A DNA stretch of 64,000 nt from assembly GCA_965198175.1 (NCBI GenBank), contig OZ240245.1:1792001-1856000 (forward strand). Reading direction: 5' to 3'. How positions within the stretch are numbered: the first letter of the stretch is position 1; each line of letters starts with the position of its first letter. Shown piece after piece: positions 38,923 to 48,118 of this stretch. The notes under the pieces are model-generated. The model did not search any database, had not been told where the DNA came from, and saw only the letters and a program-made list of their open reading frames with translations. The position numbers were made by a program, and so were the translations under genes. Origin of the DNA: Candidatus Poribacteria bacterium (GTDB lineage: Bacteria > Poribacteria > WGA-4E > PCPOR2b).

Positions 38923-39759
38923 TCAGCGTAATGTGTTTGCCTTGATGGCGCCCCAGACGGCGGCGGATTTGCCTTCCGGATGAACTGCCAACCCCAACAC
39001 ACCTTTGACGCCACTATTGAAGTGTGTTGTAATCTCTTCTGCAGTGAAGGCTCGCTTCGCAATCAGGACTTCGTCAATAAAGCCGTCGAGCCAGATATCT
39101 TCTTCAGCCCAACCGATTGTGATCGGCGGTACCTCTCTGAATTTTGGAAGGAGGGGATCGGGCAAATTCGAATCCACCTCAAACCGCGCATCTAGTTTGC
39201 CATCAAGGTAAAACGCGTATTCCTCCCCCAACCCATTCCGGAATCGGCGCCGGACCATAGCTACTTGATGCCATGTTTTAGGCTGCACCTCACCACCGAA
39301 GTGTAAGAACGTCTCAATGCCTCCATGGGCGATTGGATCAAGTGAATAAATGCCGAACGTCGGATTGCCGTTTAAACTGTATTCAAGAATCCACCTGCCC
39401 CCCTCGCCTTCATCCTGAGCGATGAACGCGTGGCGACTGAATCGGGATTCTTTCATGTTGACCCACACAGCGAGCGTGAAGTCTGATCTAAACAGACGCA
39501 GACTCCTATCATTACCGGCATCCACATATCCAACCGGCTCGACGTGTATTGCGTTACCGAATTTACCTACTCCCCAACTTGCGTTCTCCATAAGGGTGCC
39601 GTGGTTTCGGTGGGGAGAAAGGTCCTTGGCAAATTTGCCTTCGCCTTTATCAAACGACATGGCAAGCACGATGTCCTTGTCGGCGGCTGCGTCGGTGTCT
39701 GCAATGCAAATCGCCGAGACCAAAATAGTAATCATCAAGGTGCGAACTAGGGCTTTCAA
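38923..39759 (-). CDS. Secreted LamG-like protein (array copy 5, subtype B)
   Basis: Paralogue of its neighbours; ends AVHPEGKSAAVWGAIKANTLR. Confidence 0.88.
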   Translation of the reverse strand: MKALVRTLMITILVSAICIADTDAAADKDIVLAMSFDKGEGKFAKDLSPHRNHGTLMENASWGVGKFGNAIHVEPVGYVDAGNDRSLRLFRSDFTLAVWVNMKESRFSRHAFIAQDEGEGGRWILEYSLNGNPTFGIYSLDPIAHGGIETFLHFGGEVQPKTWHQVAMVRRRFRNGLGEEYAFYLDGKLDARFEVDSNLPDPLLPKFREVPPITIGWAEEDIWLDGFIDEVLIAKRAFTAEEITTHFNSGVKGVLGLAVHPEGKSAAVWGAIKANTLR

Positions 39760-39954
39760 AATTTTTTCCTGCCTAACGTGCGTCAGGGAATATAGTCACT
39801 GCGACTAAAAATTACCCTGCGATCTCTTTCCGATTAAAAAAGACTATTGCGGTCGCTATTCGCTCCCTCGATCCCTTATCAGGCTTACTATTCCATACAT
39901 CTCAATGAAAGCGTATCATGTTTTACTGGAAACACCGCTCTGTCGCAAATATCC

Positions 39955-40087
39955 ACATACCGCTCCGCAGGAGCGGCGAAGGGTTGTGAATGCCGTTTCT
40001 ATAGACATGTCGCTCCGCTAAAACCCTTTTAGCCACATTACGACTACATAAGATAACGATGTCTTGCACTTCAGCGGAGCGGTATGT
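39955..40087. repeat. Inverted-repeat element
   Basis: acataccgctccgc ... gcggagcggtatgt, with internal acatgtcgctccgc. Confidence 0.6.
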
Positions 40088-40121
40088 AACTCATTGCGTT
40101 AGGGTTAATATATGGGAAATT

Positions 40122-40919
40122 TCAGCGCAATATGTTTGCCTTGATGGCGCCCCAGATGGCAGCGGATTTCCCTTCTGGCTGGACTGCTGTCAGCAGTTGT
40201 TGGACACCCCCATCGAAGTGCATTTGGATTTCATCAGCGGTGAAGGCTCGTGTCGCGATTAGTGCTTCGTCAATGAGGCCGCTCATTGCAATGGGACCTT
40301 CCGCCCAACCGACAGTGACCGGTGCGTCGATGACAGGTGGAACGGGGAGATCGTTCTCTAACTGCGCGCTCTGTTCGCCATCGGTGTAAAACGTGTACGC
40401 GTTTCCCGCTCTAACGACAGCGACCTGATGCCATGTGTTAGGCTGCACATCCCAAAGGCCGGGTTCAAGCTGCATAGACCCGCCGTCGGCTGTATTGATA
40501 TGGAAGTTGACACTCTGACTGGCGCCTCTATTGTATCGGAGAATCCATTTGTTATGCGGTCCGCCGCCTTCATCTTGAGCCATGAACCCGTGTTGGTGAC
40601 CGACAGTATCTGTCATGTTGACCCACACAGCAAGCGTGAAGTCTGTACCAGACAGGCTCAGACTTTCATCATTTCCGGCATCCACATAGCCGACCGGCTC
40701 AAACTGTACGGCGTTACCAAATTTACCTGCTCCCCAACTCGCGTTCTCCATAAGGGTGCCGTGGTTTCCGTGAGGGGAAATGTCCATGGTGGTCTCGCCT
40801 TCGCCTTCTTCAAACGGCATGGCGAGCACAATATCTTCGCCGCCGGCTGCTCCGGACTCTCCAGCGCAGAAAACGGCGACCATAGCGGCAATCATAAAAG
40901 TCGAAACTAACGCTTTCAT
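40122..40919 (-). CDS. Secreted LamG-like protein (array copy 4, subtype A)
   Basis: Signal peptide, LamG motifs and C-terminal tail. Confidence 0.88.
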   Translation of the reverse strand: MKALVSTFMIAAMVAVFCAGESGAAGGEDIVLAMPFEEGEGETTMDISPHGNHGTLMENASWGAGKFGNAVQFEPVGYVDAGNDESLSLSGTDFTLAVWVNMTDTVGHQHGFMAQDEGGGPHNKWILRYNRGASQSVNFHINTADGGSMQLEPGLWDVQPNTWHQVAVVRAGNAYTFYTDGEQSAQLENDLPVPPVIDAPVTVGWAEGPIAMSGLIDEALIATRAFTADEIQMHFDGGVQQLLTAVQPEGKSAAIWGAIKANILR

Positions 40920-40957
40920 AGGTTATTGCTCCTTTATTGGGTTTGTATTGGGAAATC

Positions 40958-41803
40958 TCAGCGTAATATCTGCGCCTTGATGGCGCCCCAGACGGCGGCG
41001 GATTTCCCATGGGGCTGAACTGCCAACCCCAGCCCACGTTTGAGACCGCCTTGGAAGTGTGCTGTAATTTCATCGTCGGTGAAGGCTCGTTTCGCGATCA
41101 GGACTTCGTCAATGAGACCGTCCATCGCAATGTCTTCTTCCGCCCAGCCGATTGTGATGGGTGCGTCGATGAATTTTGAAAGGAAGTGATCATCCGCCAC
41201 ATTCGATCGTGACCTCGACCATGAAATTCGTCTGCCATCCAAGTATATTATTTTCTTTTCTTCCGCCATGCGCGGGAATCGGCGGCGCACCACAGCGATC
41301 TGATGCCAAGAATTCGGCTGCGCTTCCCCACCGAAGCCGGTAAAACTCTCCTTATGTCCATCGTCGAATACAATGCGTGTATGGAGGTTAAACATCGGAT
41401 GGCCGTAAAAACCGTATCCAAGAATCCACCTGTTCATGTCCCCGGCGCCTTCATCTTGAGCGATGAACGCGTGTCGGTTTCCGAAAAGCGTTTCTTTCAT
41501 GTTGGCCCACACGGCAATTGTGAAGTCTGATTTATACAGCTTCAGACTCCTACGATTACCGGCGTCCACATAACCCATTGGCTCGAACTTTACAGCGTTA
41601 CCAAATCTGCCAACTCCCCAACCCGCGTTCCCTTTGAGCCTGCCGTGGTTCTCGTGAGGAGAGAGGTCCTTTGCGGTCTCGCCTTCGCCTTCATCAAACG
41701 CCATGGCGAGCACGACGTCCTTGTCGACGGCTGCGTCGGCTTCTGCAGTGCAATACGCTGCGAACAATATGAAAAACAGTAAGGTGTAAACTAAGGCTTT
41801 CAT
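40958..41803 (-). CDS. Secreted LamG-like protein (array copy 3, subtype B)
   Basis: Signal peptide, LamG motifs and C-terminal tail. Confidence 0.88.
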   Translation of the reverse strand: MKALVYTLLFFILFAAYCTAEADAAVDKDVVLAMAFDEGEGETAKDLSPHENHGRLKGNAGWGVGRFGNAVKFEPMGYVDAGNRRSLKLYKSDFTIAVWANMKETLFGNRHAFIAQDEGAGDMNRWILGYGFYGHPMFNLHTRIVFDDGHKESFTGFGGEAQPNSWHQIAVVRRRFPRMAEEKKIIYLDGRRISWSRSRSNVADDHFLSKFIDAPITIGWAEEDIAMDGLIDEVLIAKRAFTDDEITAHFQGGLKRGLGLAVQPHGKSAAVWGAIKAQILR

Positions 41804-41839
41804 CAGTTATTCCTCCTTCATAGGGCTGTTGTCGGAGAT

Positions 41840-42637
41840 CTAACGCAATGCCCTCGCCTTGATGGCGCCCCAGACGGCAGCGGATTTGCCTTGGGGCTGA
41901 ACTGCCAACACCTGTTGGACACCGCCGTCAAAGTGCGTTTTAATTTCATCAGGGGTAAAAGCTCGCTTCACAATCAGGGCTTCGTCGATAAGACCGTCGA
42001 GCGCAATAGGTCCTTCTGCCCAACCGACTGTCACCGGTGCGTCAATAAATTTTGGAACGGCGAGATCGCTCTCTAACTCCATATCCCGTTTGCCATTGAT
42101 GTAAAACGCGTACTTGTTTCCAGATCTAACTACAGCGACCTGATACCATGTATCGGGCTTGGCTTTCCAAACGCCGGGTTCAAGCTGCATAGACCCGCCG
42201 TCGGCTCTATGGATATGGAAATTGATGCTCTGAACCCCACCTTTATTGTATCGCAGCATCCATTTGTTATTCTGGGGCCCGCCGCCTTCATCCTGAGCCA
42301 TGAACCCGTGTTGGTGGGCGACAGTTTCCTTCATGTTGACCCATACGGCAAGTGTGAAGTCAGTGTCAAATAGACTCAGGCTTTCATCTTTACCAGCATC
42401 GACATAACCAACCGGTTCGACCTGTATGGCGTTACCAAACTTACCTATTCCCCAACCCGCGTTCTCCCTAAGCGTGCCGTGGTTGCGGTGAGGGGAGATG
42501 TCCATCGTGACCTCGCCTTCACCTTCATCAAAAGGCATGGCAAGCACTATGTCTCCGATGCCGGCTGCTACGGCTTCTGCCGAGCAGAAAGCGGTGACCC
42601 AAATGGTTATCAGTAAAGTCGAAACTAACGCTTTCAT
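41840..42637 (-). CDS. Secreted LamG-like protein (array copy 2, subtype A)
   Basis: Signal peptide, LamG motifs and C-terminal tail. Confidence 0.88.
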   Translation of the reverse strand: MKALVSTLLITIWVTAFCSAEAVAAGIGDIVLAMPFDEGEGEVTMDISPHRNHGTLRENAGWGIGKFGNAIQVEPVGYVDAGKDESLSLFDTDFTLAVWVNMKETVAHQHGFMAQDEGGGPQNNKWMLRYNKGGVQSINFHIHRADGGSMQLEPGVWKAKPDTWYQVAVVRSGNKYAFYINGKRDMELESDLAVPKFIDAPVTVGWAEGPIALDGLIDEALIVKRAFTPDEIKTHFDGGVQQVLAVQPQGKSAAVWGAIKARALR

Positions 42638-42645
42638 TGGAAATC

Positions 42646-43443
42646 TTAACGCAATATCTGCGCCTTGATGGCGCCCCAGACGGCAGCAGATTTCCCTTCG
42701 GGCTGAACTGCCAACACCTGTTTGACGCCACCTTCAAAGTGTGTTTTGATTTCATCCTCGGTGAAGGCTCGCGTTGCGATTAGGGCTTCGTCGATACGAC
42801 CGTCGAGCGCAATGGGTCCTTCCGCCCAGCCGACTGTGACCGGTGCGTCGATGAATTCCGGGACGGCGACATTGCTCTCTAACTGCCCATCTGGTTTGCC
42901 ATCGGTGTAAAACGTATACTTATTCCCGTCTCGGACCACAGCGGCCTGATACCATGTATTGGGCTTGGTTTTCCAAACGCCGGGTTCAAGTTGATTAACG
43001 CCTGCGGCGTCGGCTCTATTGATATGGAAGTTGATGCTCTGACCGCCGCCTTTGTTGTATCGAAAAATCCATTTGTTCGTGGGGCCCCCGCCTTCATCCT
43101 GAGCCATGAACCCGTGTTGGTGGACGACGGTATCTTTCATGTTGACCCACACGGCAAGCGTGAAATCCGTTCTAAACAGACTCAAACTTCTATCGTTTCC
43201 GGCATCTACATAGCCAACCGGTTCAATGATTATGCCGTTGCCAAATTTACCTTTACCCCATTTAGCGTTCTGCATGAGGGTGCCGTGGTTACCGTGGGGA
43301 GAGAGGTCTTTGGTGGTTTCGCCTGCGCCTTCGTCGAAGGACATGGCAAGCACTATGTCTTCGTCGACGACTGCTTCGACTTCTCCAGCGTAGAACGCCG
43401 CGACCAGAATGGTAATCAGTAAGGTAGAAATTAAGGTTTTCAT
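42646..43443 (-). CDS. Secreted LamG-like protein (array copy 1, subtype A)
   Basis: Signal peptide, LamG motifs and C-terminal tail. Confidence 0.88.
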   Translation of the reverse strand: MKTLISTLLITILVAAFYAGEVEAVVDEDIVLAMSFDEGAGETTKDLSPHGNHGTLMQNAKWGKGKFGNGIIIEPVGYVDAGNDRSLSLFRTDFTLAVWVNMKDTVVHQHGFMAQDEGGGPTNKWIFRYNKGGGQSINFHINRADAAGVNQLEPGVWKTKPNTWYQAAVVRDGNKYTFYTDGKPDGQLESNVAVPEFIDAPVTVGWAEGPIALDGRIDEALIATRAFTEDEIKTHFEGGVKQVLAVQPEGKSAAVWGAIKAQILR

Positions 43444-43497
43444 GATTTGTTCCTCTCTTTCATAGCGTAAGGGGTAATTCTGTACAGATGGTGCGCA

Positions 43498-44487
43498 CTA
43501 ACTACCTTGGGCATTGAGATACCGGTGCGCGGTAAGTATGATGTTTGTGTTGTTACCGCTGTTGTCCTCCCATGCGAAGTCTTCCAGCGGTGGATGGACT
43601 TCAATTACGTTTTGGCGGGCTCCCGGATCTAGGATTACCGCCTTGTTGACACCTTCATAAGTCCACGTGCCCATGATTACGTACCATTTCCCGTGCGTCG
43701 CCGCGGTCCGAATAGAGAGGGAATCGGGGATGCTCGCGTCGACATTTACATTCCACACATTGTCATCGACGCCTTTTCCGAGTTCCTGGATACCTATGTT
43801 GCATATCCGGATGTAGCTGAACCAGAACCAGTTGGTATCACATTTTGCGATTGCATCGCTGACATACACGCCGGTATCGAAGCCCATGATGTCGGTGCCT
43901 TCGAACCGATTGCAGCAGACGCCCGACTGGGTAGAATTGAGGTATAGCCCTGTTCCACTCTGTTCACTTCCTAGCAGACCGGTAAAGCTGAGAAAACTCA
44001 TGAGCGCTGGCATCTCTGCGGTGGGTTTCACTAGGATTGCAGCGCCGGTCGAATGGGTCTCGATAGTGCCGAAGTAGTATCGGCAGCGATTCATCCCGGT
44101 GACGACGACTGCATCGCCTTCCGAGGGTATGTAGTGGAAATATGTTCCCTCTGCCTGAATGGCAACATCTGCGGCGTCGGGGATAGTCAGCGTCTCTCCC
44201 AAATAGTAGTCTCCGGGAAGCCATTCAACCGAGTGCCTGCCGTAACACTCGACGCCCGCCTGTATTGCAGGGGCAGTGTCTACCTTAGTTGGGAATCGGT
44301 TCGCCTGAGTTACGGAGGCGAGTAGCTTGACCTCGTCGTTAGTTCCGTCACAGATGTAGTCTGCACGGTCTTTTGATTCAGTTGAAGAATTTGAAGCGGC
44401 GACGATGATGGAAGCCGCCTGACTCGCCGACGCCGAAACCAACACCAGCACAGCCGCTGCAGCTAGTATTTCAAGAATCATATTCAC
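43498..44487 (-). CDS. Secreted probable beta-helix protein
   Basis: Signal peptide; ADYICDGTNDE; similar to the ORF at 5153-6382. Confidence 0.65.
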   Translation of the reverse strand: MNMILEILAAAAVLVLVSASASQAASIIVAASNSSTESKDRADYICDGTNDEVKLLASVTQANRFPTKVDTAPAIQAGVECYGRHSVEWLPGDYYLGETLTIPDAADVAIQAEGTYFHYIPSEGDAVVVTGMNRCRYYFGTIETHSTGAAILVKPTAEMPALMSFLSFTGLLGSEQSGTGLYLNSTQSGVCCNRFEGTDIMGFDTGVYVSDAIAKCDTNWFWFSYIRICNIGIQELGKGVDDNVWNVNVDASIPDSLSIRTAATHGKWYVIMGTWTYEGVNKAVILDPGARQNVIEVHPPLEDFAWEDNSGNNTNIILTAHRYLNAQGS

Positions 44488-44589
44488 CCTTTCTCAAGAA
44501 TAACGAATTCATTTCAAGTTGAGCGAGCTACTTCGCTCAAGGTCAGATATTGAAAACCTCCAGACTGATGTGTGCGACGAACGCAGCGG

Positions 44590-45651
44590 TTAATTGTTTC
44601 TGGAAGCGCGTCCCATAGCGTCCGTTTGAACGATTGCGTCATGCACCATGTCGGCATCTATTGATAATGGAGTATAGTATATCGAGCTGCCTGGCTCCAT
44701 AGTGAATTCCACGCCGGCGTCAATCATCGCTTTATCCACGGCGACGAGCCGTCTATCGTCGAGGGCGACTGGAAGGTCGACCGCATTGTAGAATGCGAGC
44801 ATATCATTGATGAATTCGTTTGAACGCCCCTCTAGAACCAGCTGTACAATCGTGAACCAAGCGACCGCTTCGCCGTGGAGCGTGCCGGTTTCGCGGAATC
44901 CGTCGACAAGTTTGAATCCGTTCCATAGACCGTGTGCAATAGATAGCCCGCAGTTTTCGTATCCCACTCCGCTCAAGAGGGTATTTGCTTCAACGACTTT
45001 TTCGAAAGCCTCGGACAGGCGCCCCTCCTCGTTACAGCGCTTCGCCTCAATCCCGTGTTCCATTACGATGTCATAGCACAGTTTCGCGGCTGCGAATGCT
45101 AACTCTGTGGCACGCCCTTCTCGAAAATTTGGCGCGGACGATTTGATGCATGCCTCCGCCTCAAAGGGAGTTGAGAGCGCGTCGCCCATCCCGGAAACGG
45201 TGTATCGGACTGGGCTTTTCACGATAATCTCTGTATCAACGATGACCAGATAGGGACCGCCCGCGCAGGGCGCGTCTGTTGAGGCGACCGTCGGCACCTG
45301 GACAAGCCGAAGTCCTCTGCTATGGGCAATACCTTTTGAGGTGTCTAGCGCTTGACCGCCGCCGATTCCGATCACGACATTGACACCAGATTCATCAGCG
45401 ACGTTCGCCAACCGCTCAATCTCATCGTCGGTATGCTTCCCTCGGAACGAATTAACAACAGTGTCAACATTATGTTCTTTCAGACTGTCGGATATCGCAA
45501 CCTGAGTCAGGGACAACGCCGTGGGTCCGCCCATGAGGAGGGCTTTGTCTCCCAGACCCGCGGTGAATTTTCCTATCTCATGAATTGCCCCCGGACCCTG
45601 TATGTATCTTCCGCGCATTTCAAGGGTGTAGTGCATAACGTTTTCCTCCAT
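44590..45651 (-). CDS. Glycerol dehydrogenase-like metal-dependent alcohol dehydrogenase
   Basis: YIQGPG, GIGGGQALD, PTVASTDAP, GMGDAL, AHG and HGE motifs. Confidence 0.85.
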   Translation of the reverse strand: MEENVMHYTLEMRGRYIQGPGAIHEIGKFTAGLGDKALLMGGPTALSLTQVAISDSLKEHNVDTVVNSFRGKHTDDEIERLANVADESGVNVVIGIGGGQALDTSKGIAHSRGLRLVQVPTVASTDAPCAGGPYLVIVDTEIIVKSPVRYTVSGMGDALSTPFEAEACIKSSAPNFREGRATELAFAAAKLCYDIVMEHGIEAKRCNEEGRLSEAFEKVVEANTLLSGVGYENCGLSIAHGLWNGFKLVDGFRETGTLHGEAVAWFTIVQLVLEGRSNEFINDMLAFYNAVDLPVALDDRRLVAVDKAMIDAGVEFTMEPGSSIYYTPLSIDADMVHDAIVQTDAMGRASRNN

Positions 45652-45882
45652 CGGATTGAAAGGGGGTGTCGAGCGCCAAAACTAGTAAAGACTATCGCGC
45701 TCCTTATCCAGTCGCTTGATCGCTCCTTATTTTGTTGGAAATGAAGATTCTAATTGGGGGTTCCCAATTCTATTCCATCTACCCGACTCGAATATTTCAC
45801 CATCTTATCACAGCATGAAAAAAAACGCAACAAGAATTTGGCGTTCTCTCAGCGGGTTGATTTGTTGGAAATAAGTTTCGCC

Positions 45883-47811
45883 TTACCGCGTCCAGATGGC
45901 GTACATCGGGGTCCGCAGCGCAATGCCGGTGAGGCTCCAGATACCGCCGACGACAAAATCGCCAAGAATGAGTCCAGCAAAAAATGGGATTGCGCTCCGG
46001 TAGACCCGCAAACCGCCGTGCCTCAATAGCAGGGACTTGACCACCCAAGCGAAGAGTACGGGAAGCCAAATGAAGGACATATCGCCCCAGTTGCCTGTCC
46101 CAATTACATAGCCAATGGGATGAAGGGGCCACCACAGAAACCTTAGCTTCAAAGCAGACAGAAGCATCGTCACGCCGAAACCCGTGCCCATGGCAATCAT
46201 AGCGAAACTGTCCACGTCTGTTGGGTTGCTGAGTCGGCTTTCCAACAGGTTGAAGTTCTGCCAACCGATTCCGACCGTATGGAACGCCCCGGCGCCGCCG
46301 ATATCATATGCCATGCCGAGATATACGAGAAACGTCGCCGGGATGCCGACTCCGAGCGCGATGAGCATCGCCCATAGCAGCCTTCGATTGTTGATTCCGC
46401 CTTGTCGTCCGATGTGAAAGGCTTCGAGTTGGTTCGGCATTGGGTGCGCGGTGTTGACGCGGTTCAGCCAGAAAAAAAAGGACAGTACCGTCAAATTCCG
46501 CGCACCAATCGTCCGCGTACCGAGCGCAGCGACCATTGTGCTCGCGGGGTCTTTCCCGATAGTTTCGTGCAGCGGGGGACCGAGTCCTGCGCGTACCTTT
46601 GTTAAACCGATAGCCATCAGGAAGTAGAAGCCAAAAAAGAGCAGCGCCGCCCAGAGAGAAACGCCGGCTTGGCACGCAAATAATGCGATGAAGATGAGTC
46701 CGGCGACGATTCCGTATAGTGCCCATTTGTACGCCATCGGTTCGGCTAAATCATCAGTCGATTGCCCTCTTCCAAGCGCTTGTGTGAACACCCCTTTCAA
46801 ATGTCTTCGCCCCACCCATAAAGCGAGGATTCCTAATCCGATCCAGGCGCCCTGCGCCTGCTCATCAAGGTAGAAGCCGGTGTGCCAGCCCAAAACTCGC
46901 CTCCCTACGAGTAACGCTTTCCCAAGAAAATAAAAGAACAGCGCGGAGAATGACAGGTCGAGCGGCATAAAAAAGGAGAGGCCAACTATGAAAGGATTGA
47001 ATGAGAGAAGCATCGTTCCGAGCGCATCCCAGGGTTCGTCGTGGAACAGGTGGATATTGTCCCAGGGCTTGATTGGAATATATGGGAAGGCGGGGTACAG
47101 ATAGCTTACGCCGTTGAGAAATTCAATTCCTCCAGCCACGCCAAAGCCAATCCACATCAACCTGTTCTTGAAGAACCCTTCCGGATTCTTCCCAATCTCC
47201 AGGGGCAACCGGGCAATGGGATAGCTCAACCTTTCATGTTCCGAGAACTGCCGTCTGAGAACGGCGTTCATGCAGATTAGAACGAAGTAGAGAAAAAACA
47301 CAAAAGCCGACCAAACGAGGAACGGCACCAGCCAGTTGTAGATATTGGGTGCGGTCAGGAAAACGGATTCGCCCTCATAAAAACCTTTTAGTACAGATCT
47401 ATCCCGAACGTTAAACCATTGGGGGATGTACCCGCCAAAAAGTCGGCTCCAGTCGTTCTCTGCGTTGGCAAACCAGAACGGGTGCGCGACGATATAGACG
47501 AGATAGCCCATGTTTGTGTTGCCACCTACGGTCGAAACCATTAGCACCATGACATAGATGACGAGGGCTTCCGATTCGTGCAGGGCGTATCGGGGTAGGA
47601 TTCGTTTCAGAAGAAGGTGCAAGAGCACCACGACCGCAAACAGAGTGAATACTGTGTTGGCGAACAGCGACATGTAGGTGTGCAAAAGCCCTCGCCATAT
47701 GACATGATTCAGCCAGTAGGCGTTTAGGACAACCAAGACCGCACCGATGACTACTGCCCGGGGCGTAACACCGCTCGGGGTGCCGGCTGTGAGTTGGGGT
47801 GATGTTTTCAT
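45883..47811 (-). CDS. Polytopic membrane protein (DUF6785/OPT-like putative transporter)
   Basis: Many TM helices; ERLSYPIARLP, HPMPNQLEAF, WWPLHPIGY and PFFAGLILGD. Confidence 0.75.
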   Translation of the reverse strand: MKTSPQLTAGTPSGVTPRAVVIGAVLVVLNAYWLNHVIWRGLLHTYMSLFANTVFTLFAVVVLLHLLLKRILPRYALHESEALVIYVMVLMVSTVGGNTNMGYLVYIVAHPFWFANAENDWSRLFGGYIPQWFNVRDRSVLKGFYEGESVFLTAPNIYNWLVPFLVWSAFVFFLYFVLICMNAVLRRQFSEHERLSYPIARLPLEIGKNPEGFFKNRLMWIGFGVAGGIEFLNGVSYLYPAFPYIPIKPWDNIHLFHDEPWDALGTMLLSFNPFIVGLSFFMPLDLSFSALFFYFLGKALLVGRRVLGWHTGFYLDEQAQGAWIGLGILALWVGRRHLKGVFTQALGRGQSTDDLAEPMAYKWALYGIVAGLIFIALFACQAGVSLWAALLFFGFYFLMAIGLTKVRAGLGPPLHETIGKDPASTMVAALGTRTIGARNLTVLSFFFWLNRVNTAHPMPNQLEAFHIGRQGGINNRRLLWAMLIALGVGIPATFLVYLGMAYDIGGAGAFHTVGIGWQNFNLLESRLSNPTDVDSFAMIAMGTGFGVTMLLSALKLRFLWWPLHPIGYVIGTGNWGDMSFIWLPVLFAWVVKSLLLRHGGLRVYRSAIPFFAGLILGDFVVGGIWSLTGIALRTPMYAIWTR

Positions 47812-47916
47812 GATTCAGAAATTGAATGGTGGGTAGGCAAAATGTGTTCGATTCAGGCGATTTGGATATTCACTGGATCCGAGCAACGTTGGAAAAGCAC
47901 GGTCCGAGATGTACAG

Positions 47917-47944
47917 ATTATAACGGTTTTGAGACTTGTGTCAA
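47917..47944 (-). promoter_or_regulatory. Consensus sigma70 promoter for the membrane-protein gene
   Basis: TTGACA-N16-TATAAT on the minus strand. Confidence 0.7.
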
Positions 47945-47992
47945 CAACAAATGACGGAACCTGAATCGTCCGATACGCTATTCACAATTTGC

Positions 47993-48021
47993 TTGACTTC
48001 AATCATGATTTGATGTAGGAT
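47993..48021 (+). promoter_or_regulatory. Sigma70 promoter with palindrome AATCATGATT in its spacer
   Basis: TTGACT-N17-TAGGAT; palindrome at 48001-48010. Confidence 0.6.
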
Positions 48022-48118
48022 TGCAGTAATCAACAGATTCCTCTATCATAAAAGACTATCGAGCGATTTTACAATTTGAGGAGTTGTTGCGTCCCTTGTT
48101 AGGAAATCGACACTAATC

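Noticed and set aside
24092..45721. 31-nt cassette as a SECIS element or DGR variable region
   Set aside because: Copies are intergenic and do not follow in-frame UGA codons; variation is compensatory rather than adenine-specific; no reverse transcriptase is in the window.
24092..45721. Cassette as a sigma70 promoter because of the 17-nt spacing
   Set aside because: The TTGATC box lies downstream of the other conserved block, and the spacer shows pairing covariation.
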